A stretch of 60,668 nt of DNA, from assembly GCA_041619515.1 (NCBI GenBank), contig JBFKDW010000008.1, forward strand, positions 1 through 60,668, given 5' to 3'. Positions within the stretch are counted from its first letter, which is position 1. Each line of letters opens with the position of its first letter. Below are positions 55,575-60,668 of this stretch, piece by piece. The notes under the pieces were generated by a model. That model was not told where the DNA came from, made no database searches, and saw only the letters and a list, made by a program, of their open reading frames with translations. Position numbers and translations under genes: made by a program. This DNA is from Acidimicrobiia bacterium. GTDB lineage: Bacteria > Actinomycetota > Acidimicrobiia > Spongiisociales > SHLN01.

Positions 55575-56426
55575 TCAGGCCTCGGCGGCGATCCGCTGGC
55601 GCGCCAGCTCGACGTACTCGGCGCTGGTGTCGTAGCCGATGTAGTGGCGGCCGGTTTGTTTGGCGGCGACCGCCGTGGTTCCCGAGCCGACGAAGGGATC
55701 GAGCACCAGGTCGCCGGTGAAGGTGTACAGCTCGATGAGACGGCGGGGCAGCTGCACGGGGAAGGGGGCGGGATGCCCAATGCGCCTGGCTGAGGCGGTG
55801 CCCATCGTCCAGATCGAGGTGGTCGCTTCCATGAACTCGTCGCGTTCGATGGTGCTCTCGCCCTTGCGGGCGCGTCCGAACATCTCCTTCGACGCCACGA
55901 TCACGTACTCGTGGATGTCGCGCAGGGTCGGGTTCTGAGCGCTCTTCCACGATCCCCAGGCGCAGGATCCTCCGGCGCCCTTCGCCTTCTGCCATATGAT
56001 CTCCCCCCGCAGCAGGTACCCCAGGTCGCCGAGCAGCCCGGCTACGTAGTGATTGAGCGGCACGTACGGCTTGCGCCCGAGGTTGGCGACGTTTACGGCG
56101 ATGCGACCTCCCGGCTCCAGGACGCGGTAGGTCTCGGCGAAGACGTTCTTGAGCAGTTCGAGGTAGTCGGTTATGTGGAGGTCGTCGTCGTAGTCCTTGC
56201 CGACGTTGTACGGAGGCGAGGTCACCATCAGCGACACACAGTTGTCCGGAAGCTGGTCCATCGACTCGGAGCTCTGGACGAAGAAGCGATCGAGCACCTC
56301 GGCGGGCGCGGCCACCGGCTCTCCGACCACTCCGAGGACGTGGCCGGCCATTCTTCGCTGGTAGTAGCTGCTGGAGTCGTGGCTCTCGCGTTTGCCGGAG
56401 CCAAAACCCGATGTCTCGGTTGCCAT
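55575..56426 (-). CDS. Orphan beta-class DNA methyltransferase (probably N4-cytosine)
   Basis: TSPPY precedes HPAPFP and DPFVGSGTT. Confidence 0.92.
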   Translation of the reverse strand: MATETSGFGSGKRESHDSSSYYQRRMAGHVLGVVGEPVAAPAEVLDRFFVQSSESMDQLPDNCVSLMVTSPPYNVGKDYDDDLHITDYLELLKNVFAETYRVLEPGGRIAVNVANLGRKPYVPLNHYVAGLLGDLGYLLRGEIIWQKAKGAGGSCAWGSWKSAQNPTLRDIHEYVIVASKEMFGRARKGESTIERDEFMEATTSIWTMGTASARRIGHPAPFPVQLPRRLIELYTFTGDLVLDPFVGSGTTAVAAKQTGRHYIGYDTSAEYVELARQRIAAEA

Positions 56427-56556
56427 CGAATTCCTGGGGAAGTTGGGACACAGACTCTAGGGGTGATTTTCGCGACCTGCCAGGTTTGTCGCCGTGGGTC
56501 TTTGGTCCCTATTGGATAGCCTCGGGGTGCCACAAGCTGGAGCCAGGAGGTTGCAC

Positions 56557-56799
56557 ATGGAAAAGGACGTCACATTGACCCTGCATATCAGCGAGGACGA
56601 CGTCGAGACGATTGCCCATGCCGTCCTCAACCTGCGAGGCGACCACTTCGAGGCGATGGGCAAGGCCAAGCGCAAAGCGGGGGATCCGCCCATGCCGGTG
56701 GTGGGCGAGGAACTGGCCATCGCCCGTGCCTTGAGCGACATCACCGCCTCGGTGATGGCAGCTGCGCAGACCAAGATCGAAGAGTTCCTGTCCGACTGA
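56557..56799 (+). CDS. DUF1876 (dsRBD-like fold) protein
   Basis: G.AKR..GDP..P.VGEELA.ARAL. Confidence 0.88.
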   Translation: MEKDVTLTLHISEDDVETIAHAVLNLRGDHFEAMGKAKRKAGDPPMPVVGEELAIARALSDITASVMAAAQTKIEEFLSD

Positions 56800-56830
56800 G
56801 CATCACGCCAGACGAGCAGTCGGCGGACGG

Positions 56831-57640
56831 CTATTCGGCGGCCCGGTAGCTCCCGAGCACGTGCAGGTTGGTGATCGTGGCCGGTGGCGGCTCCAGCACT
56901 TGGCCCAGCCCGGCTTCGCCCACCGGATGCACCAGATCGACGAAGAAGCGGTATTTCCAGCGTTCGGTTGCCGGCCGTGACTCGATGCGGGTGAGGTTGG
57001 CGCCCCGCAATCCCAGCTCGGTGAGCGCCAGCGCCAGCGCCCCGGCGGTGTGGCTGGTTTCGAAGGCGATCGACGTCTTGTCGTCGGTGGCGTCGATACT
57101 CGGCTCGCCGGGGGCCAGCACGACGAATCGGGTCGTGTTGTGATGGCGGTCGATGACTCCGGACAACAGGATCTCCAGTCCGTGAGCTTCTCCCGAATCG
57201 GGCGGCGCCAGCGCCGCCTGTGAAGGGTCGTGCATCTCGGCGACCTCGCGCACCGCTCCGGCCGTGTCGTGGGTGGGCACCGCGGCCCACCCGCGCTCGA
57301 GGAGCAGCTCCTCGGCCTGCCCGAGAGCCACCGGATGGCTGCGCACGGTCTTGACGTCCTCGAGCCGGGCTCCGGGAAGCCCCAGGAGGGCATGGCGCAC
57401 CTCGATGAGATGCTCGGCGACGATCGAAGCCGGCGCCTCCACCAGTCGGTCCAGAACCGGCAGCACGCTCCCGGTGGTCGAGTTCTCGATCGGGAGCACG
57501 AGGCGATCGACGTCTCCGTCGGCGAGCGCATGGAAGGCGGCGACGAAGGAGGGGAACCCGACGAGCTCGGCTTCGGCCAACAGCTCGTGGGCCGCCCGGT
57601 GGCTGTAGGACCCGGGCTCACCCTGGTAACCGACTTTCAT
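56831..57640 (-). CDS. pheA: Prephenate dehydratase
   Basis: GYQGEPGSYS, PIENSTTGSV, SHP.AL.Q, NTTRF and NLTRIESRP. Confidence 0.95.
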   Translation of the reverse strand: MKVGYQGEPGSYSHRAAHELLAEAELVGFPSFVAAFHALADGDVDRLVLPIENSTTGSVLPVLDRLVEAPASIVAEHLIEVRHALLGLPGARLEDVKTVRSHPVALGQAEELLLERGWAAVPTHDTAGAVREVAEMHDPSQAALAPPDSGEAHGLEILLSGVIDRHHNTTRFVVLAPGEPSIDATDDKTSIAFETSHTAGALALALTELGLRGANLTRIESRPATERWKYRFFVDLVHPVGEAGLGQVLEPPPATITNLHVLGSYRAAE

Positions 57641-57783
57641 TGGGTGCACGATACCGGCCGCCGCAGCCGCGGTCGTCACACGCCGCCCGGTCTCGCGGTC
57701 AAATGCCACGCCGCATGCTACGGGCTCCAGCCGGAGCCTGCTCTCCCCAAACCCGCCGTGCTGTTGGCGCTAACGTCTTTGGC

Positions 57784-59667
57784 GTGACATACAACCCGCC
57801 GCCGCTGCTCGCCGACAACGACATCTTCTTGTTCAACGAGGGCACCCATACCCGCTTGTACGAGCATCTCGGCGCCCAGATTCGCGCAGACGGCACCCAC
57901 TTCTCTGTGTGGGCGCCAAACGCGGTCGGCGTGTCGGTGATCGGTGATTTCAACGGCTGGGACCCCGAGCGCCATCCGATGCTCCCCACCGACGCCGGGA
58001 TATGGAAGGCGGTGGCGGCGGAAGCCAGCCCGGGCAACACGTACAAGTTCCTGATCTCGGCTCGGGACGGTGGCAGGCTGGAGAAGGCGGACCCGTATGC
58101 CGTTACCGCCGAGGTGGCACCCAAGACCGCGTCGGTGGTGTGGGATCCGGCCTACGAGTGGGGCGACGGCGACTGGATGAACAGTCGTTCGGCCCACAAT
58201 CGGCACGACGGGCCGATGGCGATCTACGAGGTGCACGTCGGCTCCTGGGCCAAGAAGACCCAAACCGAGTCATATTCGTATCGCGAGCTGGCTCCGCTGC
58301 TGGCCAAATACGTCAGCGACCTCGGATATACCCACGTTGAGTTCATGCCGATCACCGAGCATCCGTACTACCCGTCGTGGGGGTATCAGGTGACCGGCTA
58401 CTTCGCCCCCACCAGCCGCTTCGGCACCCCGCAGGACTTCATGTTCCTGGTCGACACGCTCCACCAGGAGGGCATCGGCGTGATCCTCGACTGGGTCCCC
58501 TCCCATTTCGCCAACGATGAGCATGGCCTGGGGTTGTTCGACGGAACCCACCTCTACGAGCACGCCGACCCCCGCAAGGGATGGCATCCAGACTGGGATT
58601 CCAACATCTTCAACTACGGGCGCAACGAGGTGCGCAGCTTCCTCATCTCGTCGGCTTTCCACTGGCTGGACCGCTATCACGCCGATGGCCTGCGGGTGGA
58701 CGGGGTCGCCTCCATGCTGTACCTGGACTATTCGCGCCAGGAAGGCCAGTGGATCCCAAACGAGTATGGGGGCAACGAGAACCTGGAGGCGATCAGCTTC
58801 ATCAAGCAGCTCAACACAGCCTGCTACGGGGCACATCCCGACATCGTCATGATTGCCGAGGAATCGACCGCCTGGGGCGGCGTGTCGCGTCCGGTCGACG
58901 CCGGAGGGCTCGGCTTCGGCTTCAAGTGGGACATGGGCTGGATGCACGACACCCTGAAGTACTTCCAGGAGGACCCGGTGCACCGCCGGTATCACCAGGA
59001 CACCCTCACGTTCCGCATGATCTACGCCTGGGACGAGAACTTCGTGCTGAGCCTCTCCCACGACGAGGTGGTCCACGGCAAATCCTCACTGGTCAACAAG
59101 ATGCCGGGAGACGAATGGCAGCAATTCGCCAACCTCCGCCTGCTGTACGGCTACATGTACGCCATGCCGGGCAAGAAGCTCGTGTTCATGGGAGGCGAGA
59201 TGGGCCAGCGCGAGGAGTGGGGCGTCGACCACGACCTGGACTGGTGGGTGCTCGACTTTCCCAATCACGCCGGGACCCAGCAATGGACGAGGGCGCTCAA
59301 CGAGGTGTACCGGGAGCTTCCCGCCCTCCACGAGCTCGATCACGAGCAGGACGGGTTCGAGTGGGTCGACGCCTCCGATGCGGCGGCCAGCGTGCTGAGC
59401 TTCCTCCGCAAAGACCGGCAGGGAGAGCACGTTCTCTTCGTCGGCAACTTCACACCGGTGCTGCGGGAGCACTATCGCATCGGCGTCCCCACCGGCGGTG
59501 CATGGGAAGTGGTGCTCAACAGCGACTGGGCGGGGTTCTGGGGCACCGGCGCCGGCCCACGGGGCACCATCGACGCAGACGAGGTCCCGATGCACGGACG
59601 CCCGATGAGCGTCGAGATCGACTTGCCGCCCCTCGGATGCGTGTTCCTCAAGCCCGTAAAGGGCTGA
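57784..59667 (+). CDS. glgB: 1,4-alpha-glucan branching enzyme
   Basis: VWAPNA, YEVH.GSW, DWVPSHF, GLRVDGVASM, AEEST and LSHDEVVHGK. Confidence 0.97.
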   Translation: MTYNPPPLLADNDIFLFNEGTHTRLYEHLGAQIRADGTHFSVWAPNAVGVSVIGDFNGWDPERHPMLPTDAGIWKAVAAEASPGNTYKFLISARDGGRLEKADPYAVTAEVAPKTASVVWDPAYEWGDGDWMNSRSAHNRHDGPMAIYEVHVGSWAKKTQTESYSYRELAPLLAKYVSDLGYTHVEFMPITEHPYYPSWGYQVTGYFAPTSRFGTPQDFMFLVDTLHQEGIGVILDWVPSHFANDEHGLGLFDGTHLYEHADPRKGWHPDWDSNIFNYGRNEVRSFLISSAFHWLDRYHADGLRVDGVASMLYLDYSRQEGQWIPNEYGGNENLEAISFIKQLNTACYGAHPDIVMIAEESTAWGGVSRPVDAGGLGFGFKWDMGWMHDTLKYFQEDPVHRRYHQDTLTFRMIYAWDENFVLSLSHDEVVHGKSSLVNKMPGDEWQQFANLRLLYGYMYAMPGKKLVFMGGEMGQREEWGVDHDLDWWVLDFPNHAGTQQWTRALNEVYRELPALHELDHEQDGFEWVDASDAAASVLSFLRKDRQGEHVLFVGNFTPVLREHYRIGVPTGGAWEVVLNSDWAGFWGTGAGPRGTIDADEVPMHGRPMSVEIDLPPLGCVFLKPVKG

Positions 59668-59764
59668 CCGGCCGCACACCGGGCCGGTGGGCCCGCCCGG
59701 TGAAGGCAGCAGCCGCCGCCCCGCCGCCGTAAACTCGCCGCACCCGCGGCACCCAGGGGAGCAA

Positions 59765-60668
59765 ATGGCCAAGGGACTGGAACGAGACCTCGGGCTCTAC
59801 ACCGTGTTCGCCATCAGCATCGGCGCGATGGTCGGCAGCGGGATCTTCCTGCTACCCGGGCTGGCAGCGGAGATCACGGGTCCCAGCGTGATGCTCGCAT
59901 TCCTCCTCGCCGGCTTGGTCGTGCTGCCCGCCGCCCTCAGCAAGGCAGAAATGGCCACTGCCATGCCGGAGGCGGGCGGGACCTACCTCTACGTGGACCG
60001 GGCGATGGGGCCACTCATGGGGACCGTCTCCGGCATCGGTGTCTGGTTCGCCCTGGTATTCACCGCTGCCTTCGCGCTGGCCGGCATCGGGGGGTATCTC
60101 GAGTTTCTCACCGACGTCGACGTGGAGGTGGTGGCGCTCGGAATCGGATTGTTCCTCATCGCCATCAACCTTCTCGGGGCCAAGATCACCGGAGGCGCCC
60201 AGGCACTGCTGGCAACGGGAGTCCTGGGCGTGATCGTCTATTTCGTCCTGCGGGGAGCCATCCGGGTCGAGCGGGTCAACTTCGAGCCCTTCCTCGAGAG
60301 CAACCTGAGCGGGCTTCTTTCCGCCACCGCCCTGGTCGTCGTGTCCTACGCGGGGGTGACCAAGATCGCCAGCGTCGCCGAGGAGGTGAAGCGCCCCAGC
60401 CGCAACATTCCCCTCGGAATACTCACCTCGGTGGGCCTGATGATGATCCTGTATCCGGTGATCGTCTACGTCATCGTGGGCGTGACGCCTCTCGCCATCC
60501 TGGCGGGGAGCGAGGCCCCCGTCGCCGACGCCGCCGCCCAATTCATGAGCCCGGACGGGGTCGATGTCATCGCCGTCACCGCCGCTTTGGCTCTGGCCGG
60601 GATGGCGAACGCAGCGCTGGTGGCCTCGTCCCGTTACCCGTTTGCGATGAGTCGAAACGCCCTCGCCC
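59765..60668 (+). CDS. APC-family amino acid permease (runs off the right edge)
   Basis: Manual translation MAKGLERDLGLYTVFAISIGAMVGSGIFLLPG...EMATAMPEAGG.Y...AEEVK.P.RNIP; absent from the ORF track. Confidence 0.92.
   Translation, partial: MAKGLERDLGLYTVFAISIGAMVGSGIFLLPGLAAEITGPSVMLAFLLAGLVVLPAALSKAEMATAMPEAGGTYLYVDRAMGPLMGTVSGIGVWFALVFTAAFALAGIGGYLEFLTDVDVEVVALGIGLFLIAINLLGAKITGGAQALLATGVLGVIVYFVLRGAIRVERVNFEPFLESNLSGLLSATALVVVSYAGVTKIASVAEEVKRPSRNIPLGILTSVGLMMILYPVIVYVIVGVTPLAILAGSEAPVADAAAQFMSPDGVDVIAVTAALALAGMANAALVASSRYPFAMSRNALA

Overview
High-GC actinobacterial chromosome segment. Gene content (mshA, rex, rsiG/amfC, clpS-DUF2017, HTH-hbhA-like pair, F420-type PPOX enzyme) suggests Acidimicrobiia; this is an inference. 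It holds about 65 CDS. I saw no rRNA, tRNA, CRISPR or mobile element. The main feature is a divergent respiratory locus at 5.6-15.6 kb. Rightwards it encodes a b6f-type (split cytochrome b, heme-ci Cys) Rieske complex with its own 2x[4Fe-4S] ferredoxin and a di-heme cytochrome c, followed by rex. Leftwards it encodes a CcoN-CcoO fusion whose CcoN part has lost nearly all heme/CuB ligands, plus a membrane cytochrome c. The two operons share an unnamed ~45-aa helical module: 3 copies on subunit IV and 1 on the cytochrome c. Other highlights: an unannotated HD-GYP/Ig-repeat fusion with a sigma28/WhiG-like promoter; a Phe/Tyr leader-peptide attenuator controlling a degenerate DAHP synthase fused to an intact chorismate mutase; a UGA-recoded SelD selenoprotein; a 6C-like sRNA; a long hairpin plus DnaA-box cluster between convergent genes; a MoaD/ubiquitin-like domain fused to a degenerate CdsA-like membrane domain; two tiny membrane peptides; and pervasive leaderless gene starts. 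All calls come from motif recognition by eye; no database searches were run.
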